This document shows, in pieces, positions 42,150 to 55,600 of a stretch of 64,000 nucleotides of DNA (positions are counted from its first letter, which is position 1; every line of letters begins with the position of its first letter). Source of the DNA: the human T2T-CHM13v2.0 reference genome, Homo sapiens. The position numbers and the translations under genes were made by a program. Location: assembly GCF_009914755.1 (NCBI RefSeq), contig NC_060928.1, one strand, 5' to 3'. The notes under the pieces were generated by a model, which worked only from the letters and a program-made list of their open reading frames with translations, was not told the origin of the DNA and made no database searches.

Positions 42150-43950
42150 GATTTTACTTGGTTCTTAAATTCTCTGTAGAAAATGTGTTGCTTTGTTGCA
42201 CACACCCAGGAGAGATATCTCCCACCACACCAACCTGGCACTTCGCTGAACCACACCCACTTAAGAAACCCCTGCTAGATATCACAAAAGATGTTAAATT
42301 GGCTGGTAGATGCCTTGGTATGCTAGCTGGAGCTAATACATCCCACCCAGCATTAGGATTAAATTCCCCTACCAGCTCTGAGCCATTTCCATTAAATTGC
42401 AGCTCAGCAAAGGGATTTCCCTTTCTAAGCTTACCTATCACTAAGTTAGTTCATAATGTGATAAGTCCCTATTGTGTCAGTGGTAAGGGAACAATAACCG
42501 TCCATTTTCCTTGCATTCTGTTTATCTTCCTTACAAGAGAGAAAAATCTCTGTGCTTTCAATACAGTCATTTCGAGTCTTCAAAAAGTTGAATGTGACAT
42601 CACAAGGAAAAGCACTATTTCTCACTTTAGGATGTGGGCTGTGCAAGAGTGGAACCAACTCAATATTTAAAAAGCCCAGTCTGATAATCTGTGGCTTTAC
42701 TTAAAGGCTGTGGACACAGCAGATGTAAATTACGTAATCCCAAAGCAATGCAGATGGAAATAAAGATTTCCCTAGATAGGGATTAAGGTTTGTTAGAATG
42801 AGAAAAGACGCGAAGAGAGTAATGGAAAAACGAGCATGGTGGGAAGCTCATGGTGGGAGGTGGCAAAGTGGCGATTTGTAATGGGCAAACATTCTCCATA
42901 AATACAAGGACACACAAGATATGCTCAAGGAACCAAAGGAATTATTACTAATTAATGGTTTACTTTATAGATTTCCACTATGCTCCATAAATTGACTGAG
43001 AAAGATATGAGTACTTTCAGAAATATTACCCTGTGATTCTAGTAATCATGCAGGTGACTTTGGACACTTTTGAAAATAACAGGAAGTATGTATTTTAAGG
43101 GTGTGATTTTTTGGATCATATGCGGCTGCAGATATTCAGATACAATTTCAATTTGATGCATTTAAAAGAAATTTTTCACACTAAGATAATCTATTTAAAA
43201 TAATGCCAACCTGAGAAGCTATTAGAATTAGGATGCACTAACATTCATTTTCCCCCCTTTTTAAAAGAACATCAGAACCTGTACGGCATTCATCTAGGAT
43301 CAAAAAACTTTTGTGTGATTAAGAAAGGAAGGAAAATATATTTGCTCTTTATGGATTCTTGGCTTCAAGCTAGACAAAGAAAAGATGGATTGCTGACAAG
43401 GAAAGATTTTACGGATCTATATTTTCCAGACGTGTTGTAGCTAGCAAGAGCCATTCATGTTCTTGAGGAGAACTCTAGGAGATTTTGCAGATTTAACTTG
43501 GTGGAGACTGCAGCTAAAAGAGCAAAGGAAGCAGAGGACGGCCTTGTTGATCCACTCCATTTCCTCCAGAACATGTGCCCTGATACCAAGCTCAAATTCC
43601 CCAGCAGTGCTCCAAACTAGACTGCAAAGAGTGGCTCTCCTCCCAGCTTCGCCCCTCTCAATCTACCAATGTGATGACTCCAAAAAGATTAGGGAAAATA
43701 GTTTAAGTGACAGCCCCACGAATCCCACAACTTCAGGATATCCAGGGCCGAAATGTGACAAAATGTTTTTTAGAATATGACATGAGACTATTAAAGAGGG
43801 AAGTGACTTAGAGATGTGTGATTCTTGGCATCCAAAGATAAGTGACAAGCAAGAACTCCACACTGAATCCACCAGAAAATCTGTGATTATTTTTATAAAA
43901 GAAAGTACATTTCCTTTTATCTACTATTACGTCAAAAAAAAAAAAAAAAA
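42150..43950. promoter_or_regulatory. Repeat-free block with transcription-factor motifs; candidate enhancer
   Basis: kB site GGGATTTCCC 42412-42421; palindromic ATTACGTAAT 42729-42738; GGATTA/TAATCC at 42356, 42735, 42780; motif evidence only. Confidence 0.3.
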
Positions 43951-44605
43951 AGGAAAATCCAGAATATTCGCTCCAAACTTTCTCAGTAGAAATGTAGCAT
44001 ACTATGGTATTTACAATGTAAACAGGAAAATGTATCTCAAAGAAACCATAAATACCAAATGCACATCTATTAAGACCCCAACCAAGTGGTCCTATAATCC
44101 CATTTCAAAAATTTGTTTTTTTGTATTAACTGAAGGACTTCTGGGACACTTCTATGGTCATTTTCATTGCAAATCTTCATTGTGATATTCTAATAAACTT
44201 ATTTTACATTTTTTCCTCATAAAAGATCTTTAGTAGTACTAGACTGCTGGGATTCTATGCTGCCTAATGGCATTTTGCAAGGTTCTTGACAAATCTTAGA
44301 TATACGGAAGTTATCATCTGAAAGGCAGAGTGAAGTAAACAAAAATTAATGAATCTAAAATTTTACACAACAAAGAAAAATGTATTTATTTTGAGGTCCT
44401 AAAGTAGGGTTTGGAAGTCAATCAGGATATGCAGAAAAATCAGGCAAATAAAAACAAGTAAACAAAACAAACGGCAAAAAAACAAAAAGAGAAAAATCTT
44501 TGAACTTATTTTACCTCAATGGCATATTGGAACAAATTAACCAACAAACTCGATCCCCAAAAGAGAGTGAAAACCACATATATTTAACTTTAATCTTTTT
44601 ATTTC

Positions 44606-45035
44606 TGATAATATAACCCCATCCCTGAGAACGCCTGATTTAATCATATGGTAAATCCTGATCATGAATAGTCTTATTCTTACTTAGAAAAGCTTGATGC
44701 TCCCCTCAATTAGACTATACTTTGGGAAGATTTGTTCCTGACGATGAGCCCCTGACCTCCATTTCCCTAGGGCATTTAATTTACAAAACATATTCGTAAA
44801 CTTTTTCTCTGCCTTTTTGAGATGTGAATTTCCTCCCAGCCTCTTGCCAGTTTTATAACCCAGGGATGTCTTGCTCAATGAGTTAAGCGCCATCCTGTTC
44901 AAATGTAATCAGGAAGGACATAGGACCCCAATTTCCCAGTTTATGTTTCAAGAAGTTGAGTTCAACCTCTGTTGCCTATTGCAATAGTCTTGAATAAAGT
45001 CTTCCTTGCCTGTTTATGTCTGTATTTTTTTGACA
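44606..45035 (+). mobile_element. ERV1-class solo LTR (MER31/MER67-like), internally deleted
   Basis: CCCAGCCTCTTGCCAGTTTTATAACCCAGG and TATTGCAATAGTCTTGAATAAAGTCTTCCTTGCC..TTTGACA; 5' boundary uncertain. Confidence 0.75.
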
Positions 45036-45734
45036 CTTCCTTCTTAAAATTTGAGAGAGTTATGGTCATATTTCACCTTCTGAAAGCCAAGAATTACCAA
45101 TATCTCTGCCTAAAATTAACATTTCTTGGGATAATTCTATATCTAAAAAAAATAGTAAAACAAACATAAAACAACTGCCCTTGGTGTGAGAGTTATTTCA
45201 AACTTCTTATTCATCCAGCATTTTCCACACCTACCTATGACCAAGGTAATGGCATAGGTTAAGAGTTTTCCCTTTATGTCCTCTTAATTGGCTCATAAGT
45301 AAATTATAACAAAAAGAATTTTAAGTATATTCATTCAAATATAAGGAGTGGTGTGTTATTGCAAATTAAGAAAGTATTGGCAAATATGTATTTAATTTGC
45401 CTGTGGTCCAGTAACTTAAAAAACTAGAGTTTGATAATTTCCCCTTCACCCCCCATAACAAGCAATCTATTATTTGTTACTGCATTCACAAGAAAATACA
45501 TATGGCCACAATTACTGAAATCAACACTGCTATATTTCATATAATTTTATTATTTCCGTGTTTCATAACTATTCTGTTTATCACAACTCCCAGACAGAGC
45601 ATTTTTAGACTTTTTACCCCTAATTGTCCAGCAGCTACTATAAAATGTTAAAACCACAAATTCATTGTGTATCTGTTTATATACTGTGGTCCTTTGGAAA
45701 GCCACAAACCACTGTAGTATCTTAGATATACTGA

Positions 45735-46086
<352 letters not shown>

Positions 46087-47334
46087 CAGGTAATTCTTTT
46101 GACAAAGGACAAATCACATTCTTCTCTATATTACAGCTAATATAAAAATAAAATCTATCTCTGCCAATTGATTTATATGTGTCTTATATAAAGCTCATTA
46201 CTTTACCAATTTAAATGCCATTTTAGCTCACCAGGGTCAGGAAAGAGGAAGTGGGAGGGCAAGTTGTGGAGGAGGTGACAGAAATTTAAATTATTCTTCG
46301 GGAGGACATAGCTTTTTATGCTTATGCCTGGAAAATATTATCAAAATGAGCCTATATATGATTAACAATGACCATAATAGGAGCAGTTAAAAGGCCTAAA
46401 AATATTGAGAGAGGAATAATTAGTCCCCTAAAAAGCAGCTTTGTGCATTATTATCCCCATTCACATCTGTTTCATTATATACGTCTTTTTTATATGATGT
46501 TGAAGAAAAACAGATAATTTTCTATTCACCCTGGAAAATCCCACAGTGTGTCAATAATTTTCTTCTGAGTTCTTAATGAGAGGCTTTAAATTTCAATAAA
46601 GAATGTTGTTCCATTTGGGAACTCATAAGGAGTTTGCAGCAATTCTTTCTCAGACAATATTTTATGGCATCATTATGCCAAATTTTCACTAAATAATTTC
46701 ACTCAAATAATTCAATAAGAAAATACCTCTGTACATAGCTTTCTTGATTCTCACAGCATCAACTGATTAATAACAGTCTTTTTTAAAAAAATCCTGCTAC
46801 AATATTGTTTTTAATGCAAAATGTTGTTTAATAATTCCATTATATCAATGCTTCAGTCAGAACCAGTTAAACTAACGACCCTATTATGTAATTGTAAATT
46901 TATCTTTAACATATGAGAGAGAGATATATGTGTGTGTATATATATATCTATACATATATTTTACCTCTTTTTGTTTGTAATATTTTGCCCCAATTAAAGC
47001 TAGGTCTACATATACAGGGTGAAATGGAAATTGAATATTTAGAGATTAATTATAAACACTTTGGTAAAAACAATTGTTAAAACAGTAAAATAATTCAATC
47101 AAAGCAAATTTTTATGGTTTAAATTTCTAAATGATTGCTTTGGTTCTCTTTCCTTTGTGTGTATAAAATATGCTAGAGTAACGTAAGGAAATCACTGTGA
47201 TTTAATATTAGTTAGATAATTTTTATAATAATAAACATATTCTATAATAAAATTCAAATCCTTAACCTTTGATAATGCATTTAGCTATTAAATTTAAATA
47301 CATGGAAATTCAAACAAGTGGACATTAAACCTGT

Positions 47335-47490
47335 CTCTTGGGAGCATGGACTTTGGAACAAAGCTGCTAAGTTTGGATCTGAGCTCTGATATCTACTGTC
47401 TGGATGACCTTCGCCTAGTAATGATTAATCGCTAATTATTTATTCTCCTTATCTTACTTTCCTTTTTTGTGAAAGAGGATATTAACAGTG
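47335..47490 (+). mobile_element. MIR
   Basis: GAGCATGGACTTTGGA..TTTGGATCTGAGCTCTG..GATGACCTT. Confidence 0.6.
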
Positions 47491-47589
47491 TTTAGATAGA
47501 AAGAAGTCAGACACAAGAGTTTATATCGTATGATCCTATTTGCATGAAAATTGAAAAATGAAGTTGTTTAACTGTAGCACTTGACTTTG

Positions 47590-48322
47590 TTATTTTTTGA
47601 TACACTATGTTTGTATATATTTATGGGACATATATGAAATTTTATTACATGCATAGAATGTGTGATAATCAGGTTGAGGTGTTTAAAGTATCCATCACCT
47701 GAGTATCATTTTTATGTCTTGAGAACATTTCAGGGCCTCAATTCTAGCTATTTTGAAAAATATAATACAATGTCCACTATCAAAGATTAGAAATAATTTC
47801 TGCTATCTAACTGTTTGTACCCATTAACCAACCTCTCTACATCCCTCCTTTTCCACCCACACATCCTTCCAAGTCTCTAATATTATATTCCACTGTCTAC
47901 CTCCATGTGATCAACTTTTTCAGCTCCCACATATGAGTGAGAACATTCAATATTTGTCTTTCTGTGCCTGACTTATTTCACTCAACCTCCATATATATAG
48001 TTCCATCTGTGTCACTGTAAATGACACGATTGTATACATTTTTATGGATGAATAGTATTTAATTGTGTGTGTATATAACACATTTTCTTTACCCACTTAT
48101 CCATTGATTGACACTTACGTTGATTCCCATTCCTTTGCTATTGTGGATGGTGCTGCAATAATTATGGGAGTGCACCTATCCTTTGACATATTTACTCCTT
48201 ATCTCTGGATAAATATTCAGTAGAGGGATTGTTAGATTGTACGGTCATTCTATTTTTAGTTTTTAAAGCAATCTCCATGCTGCTTTCCATACTGCCTGTA
48301 CTAATTTACATTCCTACCCACT
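47590..48322 (-). mobile_element. L1MA (MA2/3-like) 3' end nested in an older sense L1M 3' fragment (~47497-48530)
   Basis: TTTGTATATATTTATGGG..GTACCCATTAACCAACCTCTC..CTCCCACATATGAGTGAGAACAT..TACTAATTTACATTCC. Confidence 0.88.
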
Positions 48323-49274
48323 GCATGATATTTTAGGCAATCCAAACTAACCCCTGATAGAATTCAGAAGAGATGACTGGTGATAGGAATCAACTGGGAA
48401 AAGATGTAAAAAAATTCTTCCATGAGGGGATGTTCGGTGTCATAATAGAGGCATCAGTTACATGGATGTATATATTTGTCAATAGTCATCAAGGTTTCCC
48501 TTAGTATATCTTAGTTTCTTTCAATATTTTAAAAAAATATGATGATAATGATAAAAAATATTCAATGTGAATGTACTCAAGTACAGGGTAAATGCATCCT
48601 AATCAAACATCAACGACTTCTCTGGATGTATGGGTCCCACTTTGCCCATTACAATGCTTGTAATTATTAGCATTGCACCCCATCTTTTCTTCCTTCATCA
48701 ACATATATTTTCCTGTGCCTTCATGTGCAATTACATCAAACACACAACTCCTCCCTTCAGGAAACTGAAGTGAAAGTGAAGCTAAAGTTAACCTTCCTTA
48801 GCTTTCCTCCTCATTTGTAAAAGGAAAGTTTGATGATTTTAAGTTGTCCTTTAAGCTTAAGCTAAATTGGGTTATTCATTATTCATGAAACAGTACCATG
48901 GCCTCATCTGACTGTAGGTACACCAGGATTGGTATTTTGGCTCATGTTTTCTTCTGTCCATTTATAAATTCTGTTTTTCTTTGCACATTTTTCTTTCTTT
49001 CTGTTCTGTATTTGACACTTTCATAAAGCCAGGAAAATTGGTGGAAATCTTCTGACTGACATTCACAAGTATCTGTCTTAAAGGATGAGAGACCCTTTTT
49101 TGCCCAGGGTGCATCTGTCAAAAATTAGGCAAATATTGGTTGTCTAGCCCTATGGTATAAATTGCTGGTAAAACTGTATTCACATAAATCCGATGAAATA
49201 GGTTTCCTATAAGAAATAAGATTCAATTATGTGGGAAATGAAAGATGGGATACAAATTATACCAAAACAACCAT

Positions 49275-49490
49275 CACATACACTGTGGAAAGCAGAGATT
49301 ACAAAGACCCCATGCTGGGTACAAAAGCAGGTTTCACAGGTTGTTTGTGGTATGCTTTTATAAATTTACTTAAAATCTCAGTGTTTAAATTTCATTATTT
49401 AAAAAACAGATTACAATAATACCTACCTCATAGTAAACTAAGGTAACAAAAAGAAACATTTAAAATGACCTCTGGCTCTACATAAATGTT
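49275..49490 (+). mobile_element. MIR
   Basis: TTACTTAAAATCTCAGTG..TTTCATTATTTAAAAAA..AATAATACCTACCTCATAG. Confidence 0.6.
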
Positions 49491-51224
49491 TAAGTCATAA
49501 ATCTAAACTCCACAATATTATGGTTAATTACAATTAGTATTGTTTCTATTGCCATCTTTGCACTAGTAGCTAGAAACTGCAGATATATTCTGAAACCCAC
49601 AAATACCTCAAAAGACCATGAAATTGAAATCATGTTTCTGAAGATCAAGCACACTAAATAGACCTTCATGAAGGATCTGTTACTTCCTTGGAGTTCAGTT
49701 TTCAATAATATAAAGAATATAATGGAATATCCCCTTAAACATGCCAGTTCAGAAGATATATATAATCAAACTATATATAGACAAAACTGCAGTGTATTGT
49801 AAAAGCTATGAAACTATAGATGTAAATACATAATTGCTTGTGGTTGTCACAAAATAAAGTTGATTGCATCAAAATTTTAGTATTCAAATGCAGCATCTTA
49901 TAAATGTCAAAGGTTACATTTTAGCTTAAATTTGCCAAATGTGAGTTCTTACCTGGGTTGTTAAAATACTGAGATATCAGGGGAGATTTTTTTATTTCAC
50001 TATTGAATATGATAATGTATCTGGGCATTTTGGAAACCTAGAGACCTCAGAAAAATCCATTATCTTTCCCTTTGGTCTCTTTATAGAGATGCATATAAAT
50101 AGATGGTCATTGTGACATTTTATTTTATGTTTCAGGGGCAATGGTGTATCCCCACTGACTTATTGGATTACATCTTGATAAAAAGTAACAGTGCTTTACC
50201 ACCACACTTCATGCCACAAGTAATTTCCTTTGGATCCTAAGAGAGCCCAGCAACTTTATACTCTTCACTTGAGGGAGCCACTTCTGGTGTTAAAACAAAA
50301 CTAAACTAAAACAGCAAAAAAAGTCAGCACCTTAGTTTCCCAAAGTTGCATTTATCCAAAGACTTGCCATGATCAAACATAAAACAGCTGTAAAACCTAA
50401 ATGAAGGGCTGGAGTCAAATGTTTCCTAATTGCCTATTTTTTAAATACCATCTGTTCATCTGCTTTACTTGGTAATGTGCCACTAAATATGTAAAAACAA
50501 GTTAGTTACATTATGTTATTCTAAAAAGATTTCATGTGTTAGTAAAGATTATGAACATTTGTTTATGTTGGCTTCCAGAAATGTAGTAAAGAAATAAAAA
50601 TGCCTTTCTCTGTGAATGAATTGTAAATGCATTCCATTCCTATTCATATTTTGCTTTATGTTGGGTCGCTAATATGTGAGGTATTGAAATTAAGGAGGTT
50701 TACTTGGAAACATTGCAAAATATATGGCATTATTTATAAGTTTATAATAGAAAGATAATAATTGCCACCATTGTTGAACAATTATGCTTTTTTTTTTTTT
50801 TGTCCCTCAAAGGGTCTTAAAATGTGCTATTCCTGGTTACTATTGGGAAAAAAAGATCATTTCTATTCAGAAGGAGGCTGTCTTATAACCAGTTAAGGTA
50901 GAAAGTAAAACTAAACAAGTGTTTGTCTTCATGCATGAGAAATAAATGATGCTTAAGTTCATTGACTTAATTCATACATCTTTGTATTTGTATCCTAAGC
51001 TAGTGATTAAAAGAATGTTTATCTAGCCACAGAAAAATAGCCTGTGATGTTACTATTTTCTCAAAATAATGAGAGAACAATTTTGTTCCAACAAGCTCTA
51101 GAGGGTTACTTCCTTTTTCTGGACATGAAGTTAATTAGGAAAAGAGGAAAGCTAATAAAAATAATTGAGTGTTTACCAGATGCCAGCTGCTTATCAAATA
51201 TCAAGAACAGTGCCAGAAATGTTA

Positions 51225-51920
51225 GTAGAGGGCTTAAGTACACAGGCTTTAAAGTACGACATAATTCAATTTTGATTAACTTGTTTGATGACCTTTGGCA
51301 AATTTCTTACTTCTCTACAAGAACCGTCCCTCAAGGGTAAAATAGAAATAATACTGTCACCCACCATTAGTAATTTCTGTAAGAATGAAAGGACATAACA
51401 TGCAAAAGCTTTAAGCACCTAAAATATTTTCTGTCATTAATTCATAATTGTTATGTTTAATCTTCACAACAAATTTGAGACATACATATTGCTATTTTCA
51501 TTATACAAATGAGAAGAATGAGGTTCAGAGAATTAATGTGATGGCCAAATTATGCATGTATTTAAAGTAATTTTAACATAAATCTTTAAAGCCTATTTGT
51601 TTTTTATTGAACAATGCTATGCTCACTTCTCATTTTTCTGGTGTCTTTTCAGGGAATGATTTTTCTGCCCATACCACTGTATAGTTCATTGTGTACAAAA
51701 CAGGTAAACTATTCACATAGAGAACATCAAGCTTACAATTTTAGTGCATATCATAATAAAATCATCATGTAATAGTCACTTCTTCTACCTGCTGGGCACA
51801 GTATAAGAATAAAAGTAATTATCCCATTTAAATTTCAGGACATCTCAAAAAATAGGCGCTATTACTTTTTATTTTACAGTGAGAAAATTGAAGATTTCAA
51901 AGGTTAAGTGATTTGTTTAT
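51225..51920. mobile_element. Cluster of three MIRs (+ ~51225-51430; - ~51450-51600; - ~51770-51920)
   Basis: MIR cores: TTTAATCTTCACAAC..ATACAAATGAGAAGAATGAGGTTCAGAGA and TTTTACAGTGAGAAAATTGAAG..AGGTTAAGTGATTTG. Confidence 0.7.
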
Positions 51921-52165
51921 GTGAAGAAGATTCATTCCTTGTAACTATGTCTATCATATTCTAAAGTTTATGATGTAATCACAAAGCAATACTGCCCCCA
52001 ATCTGGGTCCAGCAAATAAGATTAGATTTGTAGTTTCAAGAATTGCTCCTGCCAGCATGAAATGTCACATTCACCTCTACTCTGAGAGGCATGTTACTAG
52101 GTCATACAACATACAATTATGACTTCCAGCTTTTATGACTGCAGTAGAAATATTAATATTAAATA

Positions 52166-52242
52166 TTAGGTTGGTGCAAAAGTAATTGCAGTTTTTGCAT
52201 TACTTTTAGTGGCAAAATGCAATTACTTTTGCACAAACCTGA
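52166..52242. mobile_element. MADE1 (Hsmar1-derived mariner MITE)
   Basis: TA|TTAGGTTGGTGCAAAAGTAATTGC..GCAATTACTTTTGCACAAACCTGA|TA; near-perfect palindrome with TA TSD. Confidence 0.96.
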
Positions 52243-52479
52243 TAGGTGGAAAGTTTAAAAAGCAAACTATCTCCTCTTTTATTTTCTTGGAAGTATTCAG
52301 AGTGCCGAACAGTGGCAGTTTTCTGAATAGCTTTGAGGTAAACTAGTCCTGAGGTTTTAGATGGAAGCAGTATGAAATTCTAGACCTTATACACTTTTAG
52401 AGAAGAAGTATGATCCATATAAAGTAAACTCTAGGCCTATATTTTGGGATATTACCATACATGAAGAATAGAGTAGAGA

Positions 52480-52651
52480 TTATTGTTTAAAAATCCAGCC
52501 CTAGGAATTCTGGATTTGCTTAGCCAGACCTTGCAATTATATATCTTAATTCCTTGCAATAAATCCATATAAAATTGAATAACTCACTCATAAATAACAT
52601 ATGTATGTATCCTACTTGTTTCGTTTCTCTGGTTGAATGCTTCCCAATACA
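52480..52651 (+). mobile_element. Old MLT2-type LTR 3' end
   Basis: AATTCCTTGCAATAAATC..TATCCTACTTGTTTCGTTTCTCTGGTTGAA..AATACA. Confidence 0.6.
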
Positions 52652-55600
52652 ACTACCTTTTTCTTATGCAGCTAAAACTTCCTGATTAGAGAAAGCAAAT
52701 TATAAATTTGGTACTGATAGATTCCAGATAGTTTTTTACTGGGTGGGGGATAGCGGATGGCACTCTCTCCTGATGATCACTGAGGCTACTGTCCAATCAG
52801 TCTAGATGCGTATGCTATTTCCTTTTTCAAATGTGTAGTTTCTTTAGAGTCGTCATATTTTTGTTCTTTGCCTTTGGACAATCCAATGGATGAGAAGGAG
52901 CACATCCGATTTCTAAAATTTTAGCTACGCAAGTTTAGCTAAACCTATTTCAGGTTTCTAATCACAAGCTGCGCTCCACAAAACTGGCGATATTGAGCAC
53001 TGTGTGCCTTTGGTTGCATGCTCCCACTTGCTTGCCCTTCTCCTCACAGGTATGTTCCCCAGGCTAGCAGGAGCTTTCCTTTTAGCTCCTGCTAAAAGCC
53101 AATGGGCCTGGAAAGATAACTAAGGAAGCTGGATAGGACGAAGAAAAGTTTCCAGTTTTGTCCTTAAGGTGAAGTAATCCCCTAAGGAGCTTGCCAGTGG
53201 CTAATAATTTGGGGCAGAGATGCAGGGAAACCAGATAACTGAAAATAAAACTTAAACGCACACGTTTTGTAAGGATGGGCATGTCCTTAAACATAGTATC
53301 AGGCTACATAGTTTTTAGAAGAAATAACAAGCAAGGAGTTTGGAAAAAGTAGTTCCCTAGTGGGAGGACAGTTAAAAATTAAAACTGTTAATTTTCATTC
53401 CAAATGTCTGCCATACAAAGTTCCTTAGACTGGATGGTGACTTTTGTTCACTGACTTTCTGTGTCAAAATAGCAGTTGGAATTGCTTATTGTGACATTTA
53501 CCGATGGCTTCAAAATAGCAACTGTTGGCAACAAAAATGCTGATAGAAAAGTCTGCAAAAGAAAGGCAATCAATACTCAGACCTCCTATTGTGACAAAAC
53601 TGGAAATTTACAAGTAAGTGGAAAATAGAGAATCTTGGTGATCTCTCTTTGTTTTTGTAACAGCTTTGAGCTTAGCAGGCAGATGGATGGATGCCTTAGC
53701 AGGCCATTCCTACTGCTTAGATGAAGGGCAACTAGATGGACACAATTTGGGCACTGATTTCATTTCAGGTGGCTCTGCAGATACTCTCTTGTGTTGCCAG
53801 AGATCACATATTGTGGCAGAATGTTCTCTGCTGGGTAAGAGAGAAGTTTCACACTCAAGGGGATGAAAATCCCGACTGATTAGTCATAAACACTGCTAAA
53901 CCCTGGAAGTGGGATCGGAAGGATAATATCTTCCTCTCTCTTTTATCCTATTCTTGAGTCAGTTAATTGTATATCCTGATAAATAAGGATTATGTTTGAT
54001 TATTCCTGAAGAGCAGAAGTTCACGGGGCAGAGTCAAACAGGATTTTCTGTAATATTAAAGACTATGACAATTCTGTTTGCATTACTTGGTAGTGAGCCA
54101 GTACGTACCATTGCCAGGTGGTAGAAGAATCTGTGAACTGTTTCAGCATTCTTTAAGGTTTTCCAGTGACCTCAGTGCAACTGCACTAAGCAGATAGTGC
54201 CCAATCTCAAGCTGCTATTTTTAAGTTCATTCAAATACTTTTTGCATAACAATGTGGAACATATTGTGGTGAAAATTCCTCCCCTGGAGAACCATGTTAT
54301 TTCCAGCTGTGCCTAGTCCAAACATGTCTTTCTTTTCAAAAGATGCCAAGAGAACAGGGGGCTATTGGTAACTTTCTTCTTTCTAGTTAACAAATATGAT
54401 ACTTAATAGTGTTTGCCTGAGCCCATCCCTCAGCGTGTGACAATAAATTCATCATACAAATGACACCAAAATTGCAATCACTATTCTCAGCTTTTCAACA
54501 CATTTCTAGACTATCAGGTGTTGGAACTGAGGCCAATGGTGATGTACAGTATAATATACCTCCTCAAACTTTTTTGATATGTACTTTAACTTTAGCAACG
54601 TCACACACAGAGACATATACATAAACACATGGACATTTTTCTAGGACAGTGAGTAAAATACGTTACAATAAAATAATAAAGCATATCTTATGCCTCTGAA
54701 TTTGGAAACACCCTTTTATGTGTACCTTATATATTCTCACACAGCTAGTGAATTTTTCTGCTCTAAATTAGCTCATATGTAAACAATTTTAAATGATGTC
54801 CTGACCATAGCACTACATGTGTGTATAAACATATTAAACATATTTATATTTATGTAAATGTACCAATTAGTGAAACATTATCTAATAAAATTACTCAAGT
54901 TTCTAATAGCAATTCGACTATACCAGCAACTTAATCATGCTTTTCATAGCAGCAACCTCAAATCCTGGAAGTTCTGATGTTGACTGCCAGGCAGAGGCAC
55001 TAAAACAATTTTAAATATTGCCTTTCTTTCATCATCCAAAAAGGAATTCAAATTCTTAAGCAAAGTAGTTTCCTTGAAATTGTGTGGGAATAAAACAGTT
55101 TGCTGTTTTCTGGAGGAGACAGTTTAGATTTCTGAATTTATTGAATTACATAAGTTTACCCTATAGGTTAATATAACACCTAAATTTCAAAATCTAAGAT
55201 GAGCTCCTCAAGAAAAAAACTGATAAATTCAGGTGACAAATGTTTCAACTTCTACACTGAATTACTTTTAAAGCAGCTTACAGAAGATTAGTAACTACAA
55301 TGGAATTATATTCTTTATCTGAATCTATAAAAGATTACTAAAAGGTAACTAATTCAAAATCTATATCAAATTTTTCAAAATTCCTGCTTTTCTATCCAAT
55401 TTTATTGATACATCTCTTCTGCAGTTTCTCATGCAGTTAAACCACAACTCAGCTACCTGCATCTCACAATGTGGTTTTTCTTCTCTGCCTTTCTCTCCTT
55501 TTTGAACTTCTTGTTAAGTGGAGCAACCTAGCCTCTCTCTTCCACTGATTGAGTATATTCTATTTAGAGTATCATGCAGTGAAGAAAGGAAAAACAGACA

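Noticed and set aside
42158-42670. Longest ORF (170 aa) and the overlapping antisense 95-aa ORF
   Set aside because: Non-ATG starts, no recognisable domain, no convincing flanking splice sites; compatible with chance in a slightly GC-richer block
43457-43780. 107-aa ATG ORF in unique DNA
   Set aside because: No recognisable homology or domain; poor start context; cannot be supported without conservation data
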